Shown here: piece after piece, positions 46,920 to 56,554 of the stretch
Numbering within the stretch: the stretch's first letter is position 1
Layout: every line of letters starts with the position of its first letter
Assembly (NCBI GenBank): GCA_964430695.1
Contig: CAYSFO010000002.1
Span: 1-60,281 of the forward strand
Source of the DNA: an uncultured Muribaculaceae bacterium
GTDB lineage: Bacteria > Bacillota_I > Bacilli_A > RF39 > UBA660
Reading direction: 5' to 3'
Length of the DNA: 60,281 nucleotides
The notes under the pieces: generated by a model
The model's input: the letters and a program-made list of their open reading frames with translations, nothing else
Database searches by the model: none
Told to the model about the DNA's origin: nothing
Program-made: the position numbers and the translations under genes

Positions 46920-47964
46920 TTTTTTTCTCCTTACTACGTTTGAATAAAATATCAGTTTTTAAAACAATGAATAAGAAGATAATCATTAAACCAATATAAA
47001 TAAACATAGCATAATAGGTATCTCCTAATGCATAGAAAATAGATAAACCAGCAAATAAAATATCAATAGCATAAATCAGTAATAAGGAAGAACGAGTTGA
47101 AAATTGCATTTTTAATAATTGATGATGTAAATGTTGTTTGTCAGGTGTATTAAAGGGATTTTGTCCTTTTAATATCCTTCTTATTATCGAAAATGCGACA
47201 TCTATAAATGGAGTTGCTAAGATAATTAAAGGAATAATTAATGACGTAAATGTGGCTGTTTTATACCCAAGTAAAGCTGTTACAGCAATAATAAAACCTA
47301 AAAAGTTGCTCCCCGTGTCTCCTACATAAATTCTAGCAGGGGGAAAGTTATATACTAAAAATCCTAAAGTTGAACCAAGCATTATCAAAGCAAGTGTAGT
47401 ATCTAACCCTTCTTTTGCATTCATAATAAATGCAATAATAGAAATTGTTAAAAAATAAATAGAACTAATTCCAGAGGATAATCCATCTAATCCATCCGAT
47501 AGGTTAATGGCGTTTATAATGGCAATAATCAGAATAATTGTGATTATAGAATTCCATGGTTCGATAATCGTTAAGTTTAAACCTAAAACACTTACAAAAT
47601 CTAGAGAGATTTGTCCATAAAAAACAATTATTGCTGCTGCTATAATTTGGGCTAATAATTGATGCTTTGCTTTTAAAGGATTTATATCATCAATCATCCC
47701 CATTATAATCAGCAAGAAACTTCCAATAAGAATAGATAACATTTGCACACTACTTCGTGCATATAACATATACCCTAACAAAAAGGAAAAGAAAATAGCT
47801 AGTCCTCCAAGTGTAGGCATTGGAACTTTATTAAGACGTCTTTCATTAGGATAGTCTAAAGCTTTCACATGACGTGCAATACGTTCAACAATAGGTGTTA
47901 CAATTAAACTACATAAAAATGTAACAAATACAATAATGTAGACATTATGACCGTTAACAAACAT
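46891..47964 (-). CDS. tagO: UDP-GlcNAc:undecaprenyl-phosphate GlcNAc-1-phosphate transferase (TagO/WecA, MraY-like)
   Basis: 357 aa. MIDDINPL, NLSDGLDGL and VGDTGSNFLG motifs of the polyprenyl-phosphate N-acetylhexosamine-1-P transferase family. Confidence 0.9.
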   Translation of the reverse strand: MFVNGHNVYIIVFVTFLCSLIVTPIVERIARHVKALDYPNERRLNKVPMPTLGGLAIFFSFLLGYMLYARSSVQMLSILIGSFLLIIMGMIDDINPLKAKHQLLAQIIAAAIIVFYGQISLDFVSVLGLNLTIIEPWNSIITIILIIAIINAINLSDGLDGLSSGISSIYFLTISIIAFIMNAKEGLDTTLALIMLGSTLGFLVYNFPPARIYVGDTGSNFLGFIIAVTALLGYKTATFTSLIIPLIILATPFIDVAFSIIRRILKGQNPFNTPDKQHLHHQLLKMQFSTRSSLLLIYAIDILFAGLSIFYALGDTYYAMFIYIGLMIIFLFIVLKTDILFKRSKEKKNVSKSKKHI

Positions 47965-48063
47965 AGAATCACTTCCATTTTTATTATAACTGAATTAAAG
48001 AAAAAAATGAAGAAAAATGAATTTGTTTCTTTGCTTTCCTTACTTTTTAGAGGAAGTTTTGAA

Positions 48064-48096
48064 ATAAAAAACCATCCTTTATTTTGAAAGGAAGGT
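48064..48096 (-). terminator. intrinsic terminator after the cohesin-like gene
   Basis: ACCUUCCUUU-N6-AAAGGAUGGU (one mismatch) followed by UUUUUUAU. Confidence 0.55.
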
Positions 48097-48116
48097 ATTT
48101 ATATAATGCAAAGAAA

Positions 48117-49571
48117 TTATTCCGTCTTATTCTTCACTTTTTTTGTACGTTTTTCTTTCTTCTTTTTCTCTTTTTTTCTATTCTCTAAAATATTGTACAT
48201 GTCATCATTTGACTCAATTACTTGCTCTGTTTCTAATATTTCTGTTTCTTTATTTTTTGATTGCTTTTCTTTTTTATGTATTTTCTTCTTTTTACCCTTC
48301 TTTTTTAATAAACAAAGGATTAATAAAAAGGCAAATATTAGTCCACCACCAAAGGCGATGCAAGCATAAAGATAAATCTTTTGATCTTCTTTTAATGCAT
48401 TAATTTCTTCTTGGTTCCAAATTTGAAAAGTTTGTCCTTTTGTATCATAACTATAATAGTCATACTCTCCTGTTTCTATATTCATTCCATAAACAACGAC
48501 AAATCGACTATTTTCACTATATTTATAACAAGGAACTTCAACGGCATTTATAGTAATTGTTCCCTTCTCATAATTCGCTATTTTTTCAGGGAAATCCGTT
48601 AAGTATAGACTTAGTGTATTTGAATTAAACTCATTATAAATTTTATATTCATTCTTTTCTTTATCATAGATAGCAAGTAAAATATTTCCTGATTCGTCTT
48701 TTAAGCCCACTAAAGTAAAACCATTTGCTTCATTTTTAAAAGCAGGTACTTCAATTTCTCCGATTGTAATTGTAGTATCTTCATAAGCTAGTGGTTTGGT
48801 AATAATATCTACACGTTTTATTACTACATAATTTTGATTGCCTATTTTTACAGTAATTGGATTTAAGTCTTCCACTTCTATATTGACAACATAAGTTTTG
48901 GTACTACCATTTTGGGCAGCAACTACAATTTCAAAACGGTTATTTCCTTCTACAACTTCATGTTCTCCATCTCCACTTATTGTTGCGGTATTATCATTTT
49001 TTGTTGCTATAATATTTACGCTCGTAACATCTGATGGAATTGATAAATTGTATTCCAAAGTATCTTTATTAAATTCTGGGGTTAATTCATATCCTTGTAC
49101 ACCTAATGCTTTTAAATTATTATCTTTACTATAAGTCGCCTCTAGCTCTGCTTGTGTCATTAGTCGCATAGAAAGACCACTAGAAGATAAAGACATTTGA
49201 CTTAAGTCTGAGAATGCATATGCTGCATAACTATTAACAGAAACTTTTGTAGAACCGCTTTTTAATACTTTAAAAGTAAAGGTATAGCTTTTTGACTTTA
49301 TCGCTGATGAGGAAGAAGCAACCATAGAAGTTCCATTTCCTTCTGCACTACTACTAACTAATGATAAATAAGATTTATCATAACTTAAATCCATTTGCCA
49401 ACTTCCTATTACCGCACTGTTACTAGAAAGTGTAACTGTAACCTTAACATTATTTCCAACAACGGCTGTGCCAGATCCTGTTACTCGTATTGTTCCACTC
49501 GCAGCATTCGTTATGATGGGAAATAGCAATAAGGTTACTAATCCTAAAAGTGCAATTTTAATTTTTTTCAT
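48117..49571 (-). CDS. membrane-anchored surface protein: signal peptide, cohesin-like domain, cadherin-like beta-sandwich domain, TM helix, Lys-rich cytoplasmic tail
   Basis: 484 aa. Signal peptide ...PIITNA. VGNNVKVTVTLSSNSAVIGSWQMDLSYDKSYLSLVS resembles type I cohesins. LKALGVQGYELTPEFNKDTLEYNLSIP...TYVVNIEV is a cadherin-like module. C-terminal TM helix plus KKKGKKKK tail. Confidence 0.65.
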   Translation of the reverse strand: MKKIKIALLGLVTLLLFPIITNAASGTIRVTGSGTAVVGNNVKVTVTLSSNSAVIGSWQMDLSYDKSYLSLVSSSAEGNGTSMVASSSSAIKSKSYTFTFKVLKSGSTKVSVNSYAAYAFSDLSQMSLSSSGLSMRLMTQAELEATYSKDNNLKALGVQGYELTPEFNKDTLEYNLSIPSDVTSVNIIATKNDNTATISGDGEHEVVEGNNRFEIVVAAQNGSTKTYVVNIEVEDLNPITVKIGNQNYVVIKRVDIITKPLAYEDTTITIGEIEVPAFKNEANGFTLVGLKDESGNILLAIYDKEKNEYKIYNEFNSNTLSLYLTDFPEKIANYEKGTITINAVEVPCYKYSENSRFVVVYGMNIETGEYDYYSYDTKGQTFQIWNQEEINALKEDQKIYLYACIAFGGGLIFAFLLILCLLKKKGKKKKIHKKEKQSKNKETEILETEQVIESNDDMYNILENRKKEKKKKEKRTKKVKNKTE

Positions 49572-49579
49572 AATTCCTC

Positions 49580-51292
49580 CTATTGATTAATTGTATATAA
49601 TCCTAAAATATTTTTTTGAATTTGTAATAAATCTAATGCATTGATTGTTCCATCTCCTGATGTATCTCCAGCTAAGAAAGTAGCACCAGATAAGGAGTAA
49701 GAACCTAAAATATTTTTTTGCACTTGCAATAAATCTAGAGCATTGATTGTTCCATCTCCTGATGTATCTCCTTTGACTACTGCTTGTAGCACTTCCGTAG
49801 TAGAACTGTTTGAAACGGAAACTTTAAATCCTGTTCCAATTGTACCAGATTCTACACGAGATCCACTGGCATTTGTTACAAAAATATTGGAACTACCACT
49901 TACTGCTTGCAAGGAACTTATAATTGTCGACACATCAGTACCGGCAGGTATTCCCGCCATATAACCATTTGTATATTTATATCCACTGGAAGTAACAATG
50001 GTACTTATTGGTAAAGAATTAGCATTACTTGAATCATCCCCCGATGCTCCACTATTACTATTGGTAATCGTCGCATTCATATTGTTATATATAGGGATAT
50101 AAAACGTAAATCCAAGATTTAATATCTGTAATGTACTATAAGAAGAATAGGTCGTTTTAGATTCATCACTCGGAGCAGAAATATTAGTCATATATTGATG
50201 AATATAAAGATTACTAGATACTGAAGGAGCAACATTAAATTTTTGCAAATAAGTTGTATATTGCCCTACATCAATATAATTAGAAGCTAATAATTTAGCG
50301 GCTCCTTGAATCGCCAAAAGAGGGGTCGTCCATCCACGTTGTTCCGCATAAGCAATACCACAATTTGTAGCTCCTGTACTCGTTGCACAAGAATCATTGA
50401 TTCCATAATTAAAGAAATTATAGACACCATGCGTTCCACTATATAAATCTTGCAAACTGTTACTTGTTCCTAACTCTTTATTCATCCTTGAAGCTAAGAA
50501 AATAGGACTTACGTTTGTACTACTTCCTGCACTCGTTGTAATTGATGCTAAATCAACGCCTCTATTTAAATTATATTTATAAAATTCACTACTTCCAATA
50601 ATTGCCTTTACTCCTGTTGGATAATAACTAGAAATAGCAGAATCATATTTTAAATAATTAAATTGAAATATATATTTTTCATCAAACCAGTTTCTTGGAT
50701 CCATATAAAGTGCAACAGCTGTTTGACTGGCTGGATACCAAGACTTTGCATAATCTCCATTACAAGAAGTATCTATATAATTATAATTAGTCGAAGAAGC
50801 AAACGAAATATAACTTTTCTTACAGGCACTTTCTTTTTCAACAGCAGTAGACCAATCCAGATTTGTTACTATCGGTTGAAAATTCCAATTGGGATATTTC
50901 TCTTTTAAACTACATAACCCTGCCCAATAACTAGAAGGAAAACCTAAATTTGATAAATTTCTTTCACAATCGGTTGTTGGTGCTAATCCATCTGTAGAAA
51001 CCGCAACAACACTAAGTAAAGTCGAACAAACATAACCTGTTGTGCTATCATTATAAACAATTTTATACCATCCAGGACTACAGCCAGTACCTGTATATAC
51101 ATTATTATCCGCTAAATAATATTTAGAACCAGATTTTAAAGTTGTAATTTCAGAAGTATTTGTTCCAGGAGAAACTCTTAAACTCGCATTGTTATAAGTC
51201 ACTATTGCAACTTTTGAACTCGCCGATACTTTTGGCAAAGCTAAGAAAAATGCAAATAGAAAACAAAGTGCCAGTATCATTTTTTTTTGCAT
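49580..51292 (-). CDS. secreted peptidoglycan hydrolase: SH3b-like domain, GH73-like glucosaminidase domain, C-terminal type I dockerin
   Basis: Start set at MQKKMILALCFLF (AGGTGAAG SD). ...SPIFLASRMNKELGTS...YNFFNYG...GQYTTYLQKFNV resembles GH73 autolysins. The C-terminus carries two GDTSGDGTINALDLLQ(V/I)QKNILG Ca-binding dockerin repeats (49583-49780). Confidence 0.7.
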   Translation of the reverse strand: MQKKMILALCFLFAFFLALPKVSASSKVAIVTYNNASLRVSPGTNTSEITTLKSGSKYYLADNNVYTGTGCSPGWYKIVYNDSTTGYVCSTLLSVVAVSTDGLAPTTDCERNLSNLGFPSSYWAGLCSLKEKYPNWNFQPIVTNLDWSTAVEKESACKKSYISFASSTNYNYIDTSCNGDYAKSWYPASQTAVALYMDPRNWFDEKYIFQFNYLKYDSAISSYYPTGVKAIIGSSEFYKYNLNRGVDLASITTSAGSSTNVSPIFLASRMNKELGTSNSLQDLYSGTHGVYNFFNYGINDSCATSTGATNCGIAYAEQRGWTTPLLAIQGAAKLLASNYIDVGQYTTYLQKFNVAPSVSSNLYIHQYMTNISAPSDESKTTYSSYSTLQILNLGFTFYIPIYNNMNATITNSNSGASGDDSSNANSLPISTIVTSSGYKYTNGYMAGIPAGTDVSTIISSLQAVSGSSNIFVTNASGSRVESGTIGTGFKVSVSNSSTTEVLQAVVKGDTSGDGTINALDLLQVQKNILGSYSLSGATFLAGDTSGDGTINALDLLQIQKNILGLYTINQ

Positions 51293-51441
51293 TTTTTCTT
51301 CACCTACCTTTATCTTTTTATTTAGTATAACATTTTTCGACATTATTTTAAAGTATAAGTTCTATTTGTAAAGTAAATGATTATTGTATTTATCTTTCAT
51401 TTCATTATATAATAATAAAATAAGAGAGGATATGACAACGA

Positions 51442-53412
51442 ATGAAAATACTATGGAAAAAAATTAAAAATGCCAATCGATTTGCTTTAGCCATTTATCT
51501 TTTGTCCAATATATTATATTTTATTGGATATGTTTTATTCGCTAAATGTCTGCTTAATTTAGTAGGTATTGAAACTTTTATTCGTGTTCTTTTCCTTATC
51601 GTGTCCCTTCTTTGGTTGATGGTTTATTTCTTATTTGGTTTATCCACTATGCTTGTAAGAAAATATAAAAAATTTATTGTTCTTACGATAATTCAACTTA
51701 TTTTATTTATTGCCATGCTTTTTGTATCTATCTTTATCAATAAGATTTATAGCAAACTAGAAATGATTTCTTCTCAAGAATATACACTTTATACAACAAA
51801 TTTAATTGCTTTAAATAAAACAGAGTTAACAAATACTAGTAAATTAGGAATGATTGATAATAATGAGGACATTGAAGGATATGTTCTTGCAAACAGTTTA
51901 AAAGCAAAAGAAAATTTAAAACAAAATGTAACCTATTATGATGATTATTACTCTATGCTAATTGCTCTATATAAGGGAGAAGTTGATGCTATCTTTGTTT
52001 CTAGTAATTATGCCATCATTTTTAGTAGTGAAGAATCTTATGAAAATATTGCCCAAGAAACAAAAGTATTATTTACCTATAGTGAAGAAATGAAAACAAA
52101 AACAATTACTAATACTAATAAGAAACTAACAGAACCCTTTACTATTCTTTTAATGGGTGTGGATTCTGCAACCGATGGACTAAATGCCAATGCGGCTTTT
52201 AACGGAGATACTTTAATGCTTATTACATTTAATCCAAATACTTTAACGGCAACTATGTTTAGTATTCCAAGAGATACTTATGTCCCCATTGCTTGTAATA
52301 ACAATCGTTCTCATAAGATTAATTCCTCTGCTGCTTACGGAACAGAATGTGTCGTTAATACCGTTCAAAATCTAGTAGATATTAATATTGATTACTATGC
52401 CAAAATTAATTTCAATGGTGTGATTGATTTAGTTAATGCTTTAGGTGGAATCGATGTTGATGTTGAAGAACCAGACTATAACACTTATGTTAAACGATAT
52501 GGACAGGGTAGATTATGTGAAAGTAATTCTTTTAGAGATATGAACAATTTAGTTTGTATGAATACGGGAATGCAACATTTAAACGGAGAACAAGCACTTG
52601 CTTATGCTCGTAACCGTCATGGCTTTTTAACAAGTGACCTAGCTCGTAACAAACACCAACAACAAATTGTTGAAGCCATTGCAAAACAAGTATTAAAGAT
52701 TCGAAACTTTAGTGATTTTGAAAAATTACTAGAAGTCGTTGGTAAAAATATTGCAACAAATTTATCAACAACGCAAATGCTTTCTTTTTATCAAACCATT
52801 AAAAACATGTTTGTAGAGGGATTGAAAGGAAAAGATTTTATTTCCATCCAAAAGACATATTTAGAAGTTTATAATTTACCTATTATAGCCAGTGGTTTAA
52901 CATTATCAGCACTTGGATATTATGATGATAGTTTAAAGGCGATTAAAGAGGCCTTAGAAGTAAATTTAGGTATTAAAAAAGAGGAAATGATTAAAACATT
53001 TGCTTATGATTACAATGAAGAATACACCTCTCCTATTGTTGGTAAAGGATTAACGGGTGGAAAACTCGAAAGCACTATTCCAAACTTAAAAGGAAACACG
53101 GTAAGTTTTGCACAAGAATGGGCAGCAAATAATAACATAAATTTAAATGTTGAATTCACTTGTAGTACAGATACTCCTGGTTTAATTGGAGATCAAAGTG
53201 TAAGTGCTGGGATTTCTATGAAAAGTATCTCTTCTCTAACAATTTATGTAAATGAATTTTGTAGTGATTCAACTGCATCAAATAATAGCCATACAAATAC
53301 GAATAATGCTGATGATAATACAAATAATAATAATAAAGAGGATGAGGATGAAGAAATTATAAATACGATTCCTGGAAGTCCATCCAATAAAAATGATAAA
53401 GAAGATGAATAA
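51442..53412 (+). CDS. LytR-CpsA-Psr (LCP) family glycopolymer ligase with PASTA-like domain and Asn/Asp-rich tail
   Basis: 656 aa. N-terminal TM helices. LCP core FTILLMGVDS...GDTLMLITF...SIPRDTYV...INFNGVIDLVNALGGIDV. PASTA-like IPNLKGNTVSFAQEWAANNNINLNVEF...LTIYV. Confidence 0.85.
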   Translation: MKILWKKIKNANRFALAIYLLSNILYFIGYVLFAKCLLNLVGIETFIRVLFLIVSLLWLMVYFLFGLSTMLVRKYKKFIVLTIIQLILFIAMLFVSIFINKIYSKLEMISSQEYTLYTTNLIALNKTELTNTSKLGMIDNNEDIEGYVLANSLKAKENLKQNVTYYDDYYSMLIALYKGEVDAIFVSSNYAIIFSSEESYENIAQETKVLFTYSEEMKTKTITNTNKKLTEPFTILLMGVDSATDGLNANAAFNGDTLMLITFNPNTLTATMFSIPRDTYVPIACNNNRSHKINSSAAYGTECVVNTVQNLVDINIDYYAKINFNGVIDLVNALGGIDVDVEEPDYNTYVKRYGQGRLCESNSFRDMNNLVCMNTGMQHLNGEQALAYARNRHGFLTSDLARNKHQQQIVEAIAKQVLKIRNFSDFEKLLEVVGKNIATNLSTTQMLSFYQTIKNMFVEGLKGKDFISIQKTYLEVYNLPIIASGLTLSALGYYDDSLKAIKEALEVNLGIKKEEMIKTFAYDYNEEYTSPIVGKGLTGGKLESTIPNLKGNTVSFAQEWAANNNINLNVEFTCSTDTPGLIGDQSVSAGISMKSISSLTIYVNEFCSDSTASNNSHTNTNNADDNTNNNNKEDEDEEIINTIPGSPSNKNDKEDE

Positions 53413-53479
53413 AGAATCATCTCTTTTCATTTGTAAAACCACTGTAGGTTTGCTATTATAAAGCAAAGGAGATTCATAA

Positions 53480-54013
53480 ATGAAAGAATATACAAAGAAT
53501 CAATTACAACGTTTCAGAATTGCACTTATTTTAAGTAGCAAAAAAAGAAATCAATATATTATAAAGCATAAAATATTTAAAGAGATTGGAGACAATTTTT
53601 TCTTTCAACCAAGATTTATTCCCACAGATCCAAAACTCATTAAATTTCATAATAATGATATTATTACTAGTAATGTTACTTTTGTAAACCATGATATATT
53701 TCACCTCGGATTAAGTAAATTAGGAAAAGGAGAATTTTATTATAAAATTGGTTGTATAGAAGTGATGGATAATGTTTTTATAGGTTGCAATAGTACGATA
53801 TTAAGTAATATAAGAATTGGTCCGAATGCTATTATTGCTGCAGGCAGTGTTGTTACAAAAGACGTTCCCCCAAATAGTGTAGTTGCAGGAGTACCTGCCA
53901 AAGTCATTGGAACTTTTGATGATTATATAAAGAAAAGATTAGAAACAAATCGACTTTATACTTATGATGCCCTTTGGACTATGTTTGAAAAAGAAAAAAA
54001 CAACGGGAATTAA
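53480..54013 (+). CDS. hexapeptide-repeat O-acetyltransferase
   Basis: 177 aa. ...IGCNSTILSNIRIGPNAIIAAGSVVTKDVPPNSVVAGVPAKVIG left-handed beta-helix motif. Confidence 0.75.
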   Translation: MKEYTKNQLQRFRIALILSSKKRNQYIIKHKIFKEIGDNFFFQPRFIPTDPKLIKFHNNDIITSNVTFVNHDIFHLGLSKLGKGEFYYKIGCIEVMDNVFIGCNSTILSNIRIGPNAIIAAGSVVTKDVPPNSVVAGVPAKVIGTFDDYIKKRLETNRLYTYDALWTMFEKEKNNGN

Positions 54014-54468
54014 TTCTCGTTATTTTCTTGTATTCTGTGTTGAATACCTGAAATTTGTAACTTTCTTGCTAAATTGTTACTAGCATAAGACTCTATGACA
54101 CTTATTTTTTCTTCTAATGTTTCCTCAGGATTATGTAATGTTTCATATACAAATAAATCCATATTTTCTATTCCTTCTACTTTAGGAATTTCTGCTTGTA
54201 TTTCACGTGGAGCATCATGATCTATAGTACCAACGATTACATAAACAGGCGCTTCGTCTTTAAATGCTAAATAAGCTTCTGTTATACTATTGTCTTTATT
54301 TTTTATTCTTCCTAAGAAAAGAGGATTATAATATGTTTCTACTGGTAAACCTTCTACATCAAAATGAGTAAAGTTTTTTGTAAATTCAGTATCCTCTTGT
54401 TCTGGTACTATTTCACCATACTCTCTTCCATGTTTTTTAAGATATTTTTGTCTCCAACTGTTTGACAT
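54010..54468 (-). CDS. hypothetical protein (about 152 aa)
   Basis: ORF downstream of tsaD. Start set at the ATG at 54468 after GGGTGG. No recognisable motif. Confidence 0.45.
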   Translation of the reverse strand: MSNSWRQKYLKKHGREYGEIVPEQEDTEFTKNFTHFDVEGLPVETYYNPLFLGRIKNKDNSITEAYLAFKDEAPVYVIVGTIDHDAPREIQAEIPKVEGIENMDLFVYETLHNPEETLEEKISVIESYASNNLARKLQISGIQHRIQENNEN

Positions 54469-54500
54469 TTTAAACCACCCTAATTTCAATATTACTATAT

Positions 54501-55514
54501 TTAATCAGAATTGGCAATTGTTGTTTGGCTTTTCGCATTTAAAGAAAAATCAGCAAATTCTTTTCTCTTAAATAATGGATAAGCGGCAGCTCCTATCATT
54601 GCCGCATTATCTGTACAATATTTTTTATTTGGAATATTTAAGTTCACATTATATTTATCAGCAACTTTTTTTATTTCATCTCTTAAATTATTACTAGCAG
54701 CAACTCCCCCTGCAATAATCAATTCTTTCACTTCTATATTTTTTAGAGCAAGTTCTACTTTTCTTGCCAATTCATCAAAAGCAACCGTTTGAAAACTACA
54801 AGCTAAGTCAGCCTTTCTTATTTCATTTCCTCTTTGGCGTTCATTATGTACTAAATTAATGATGGCGCTTTTTAAACCGCTAAAACTAAAATTATACGTA
54901 TTATCATTTACTGGTTTTGGAAGTGAATAGGTAGGTTTACCCTCAAGAGCTAACTTTTCAACATTGGGCCCTCCAGGATATTTCAAATCCAGTACTCTTG
55001 CTACTTTATCAAAACACTCTCCTATTGCATCATCTAAAGTGCTTCCAAGAATCTTAAATTTGTAATCATCTTCCATTAAAATTAAATCGGTATGTCCCCC
55101 ACTAACAGCTAAAGCAAGAAGAGGAAAAGTAAGCTTATTTTCAATGGCATTTGCGTAAATATGTCCAATGGTATGATTAACCGCAATTAAAGGTTTTTTA
55201 TAAACAAAAGCTAAGGTTTTAGCAAACTCTACTCCAACCAGCAAACTTCCAAGCAAACCAGGAGCATATGTTACAGCAATTGCATCAACTTCTTCTAAAG
55301 TGATTTTACTTTTTTTCATGGTTTCTTCTAAGACGAGAGTTATGTTTTCTGTATGCATACGAGAGGCGATTTCTGGAACGACTCCTCCATATTCGGCATG
55401 CGTATCCATTTGTGTAAGCACTGTAAAAGAATCAATAAAACAACCATTTTTCACTATTGCCATACTTGTTTCATCGCAGGAAGATTCAATTGCTAAAATA
55501 TATACATCTTTCAT
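54501..55514 (-). CDS. tsaD: tRNA N6-adenosine threonylcarbamoyltransferase TsaD
   Basis: 337 aa. ILAIESSCDETS...NHTIGHIYA...SGGHT motifs. Confidence 0.95.
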   Translation of the reverse strand: MKDVYILAIESSCDETSMAIVKNGCFIDSFTVLTQMDTHAEYGGVVPEIASRMHTENITLVLEETMKKSKITLEEVDAIAVTYAPGLLGSLLVGVEFAKTLAFVYKKPLIAVNHTIGHIYANAIENKLTFPLLALAVSGGHTDLILMEDDYKFKILGSTLDDAIGECFDKVARVLDLKYPGGPNVEKLALEGKPTYSLPKPVNDNTYNFSFSGLKSAIINLVHNERQRGNEIRKADLACSFQTVAFDELARKVELALKNIEVKELIIAGGVAASNNLRDEIKKVADKYNVNLNIPNKKYCTDNAAMIGAAAYPLFKRKEFADFSLNAKSQTTIANSD

Positions 55515-55939
55515 TTTTCAAACCTTCTTCCCATTAAATAAGCATCCTCTGTATCATAATACTCTTTACGTACATGGATAATAGAAAATCCAAATTTTTC
55601 ATATAGAGAAATAGCTGCTTCATTACTTTTACGTACTTCTAACGTAATCATTTTTACACTTTCTTTTAAATCTGTAATCATATAATCTAATAAACAACTC
55701 GCTATTTTTTGATGACGATATTCTTTATCCACAATAATATCTAAAATATCTGCTGTACTTTCTAATTCTGTATACATGATAAATCCAATCACTTTTTTAT
55801 CTTTTTCATAAACTAAAATTTTTGTATATTTATTATTATAAATTTCTAAAAGATCATTTGTTTTAGAAAAATTCTCTGTGATTTCATTTCCTAATTTATA
55901 AATCTCTTCAATATCTGAAATAGTAAAACTTCTAATCAT
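55511..55939 (-). CDS. rimI: ribosomal-protein-alanine N-acetyltransferase (GNAT)
   Basis: 142 aa GNAT fold (...IVDKEYRHQKIASCLL...) located between tsaB and tsaD. Confidence 0.8.
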   Translation of the reverse strand: MIRSFTISDIEEIYKLGNEITENFSKTNDLLEIYNNKYTKILVYEKDKKVIGFIMYTELESTADILDIIVDKEYRHQKIASCLLDYMITDLKESVKMITLEVRKSNEAAISLYEKFGFSIIHVRKEYYDTEDAYLMGRRFEK

Positions 55940-56502
55940 TTTTGAACCTCTATCTTTTTTACATATAATGGATTTACTGCATGAGGATTTATACTCTCTA
56001 TTTTTTTAGCAAACTTTTTTACTTTTAAATAATCAATCTCTATATTTTCTATATAATTTTCTTTATTGTGAATCGCATTGTATTCACTATTTTTTAAATA
56101 GTTGTATTCCTCTAATAAAGTATTTTCTTTACTAAAATGTCCTATAAATACACCATTTTTTTCTCTTTCTACAATATGAACTTCTTCATGGGTAAAAGAG
56201 ACTGCTTTAATCAGTAAGCTAGACATCACTTTAACCGGTATTTGTAATGTATAAGCTAGCGTTTTCGCAATCGTGACACCAATTCTTACTCCTGTAAATG
56301 AACCTGGACCATTTACAACGATAATATCCTTTACTTCTTTTACATCTATACTTGCTTCTTTTAAAGTATCTATAATAATTGGCATCGTTGTTATACTATG
56401 ATTAAAATTTGATTCTATTTCTTTTCTTTTTATAATTTTATCTTCCTTATATAAAATTATATTAATGTACCCACTATGTGTATCTATATACAATGTATAC
56501 AT
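55936..56502 (-). CDS. tsaB: tRNA threonylcarbamoyladenosine biosynthesis protein TsaB
   Basis: 188 aa. ...IVVNGPGSFTGVRIGVTIAKTLA motif. Confidence 0.85.
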   Translation of the reverse strand: MYTLYIDTHSGYINIILYKEDKIIKRKEIESNFNHSITTMPIIIDTLKEASIDVKEVKDIIVVNGPGSFTGVRIGVTIAKTLAYTLQIPVKVMSSLLIKAVSFTHEEVHIVEREKNGVFIGHFSKENTLLEEYNYLKNSEYNAIHNKENYIENIEIDYLKVKKFAKKIESINPHAVNPLYVKKIEVQK

Positions 56503-56554
56503 AAAAACCCTCCCTTTTTTTAGTTACATAAAAAAACTCGTTTATCGAGTTCTA

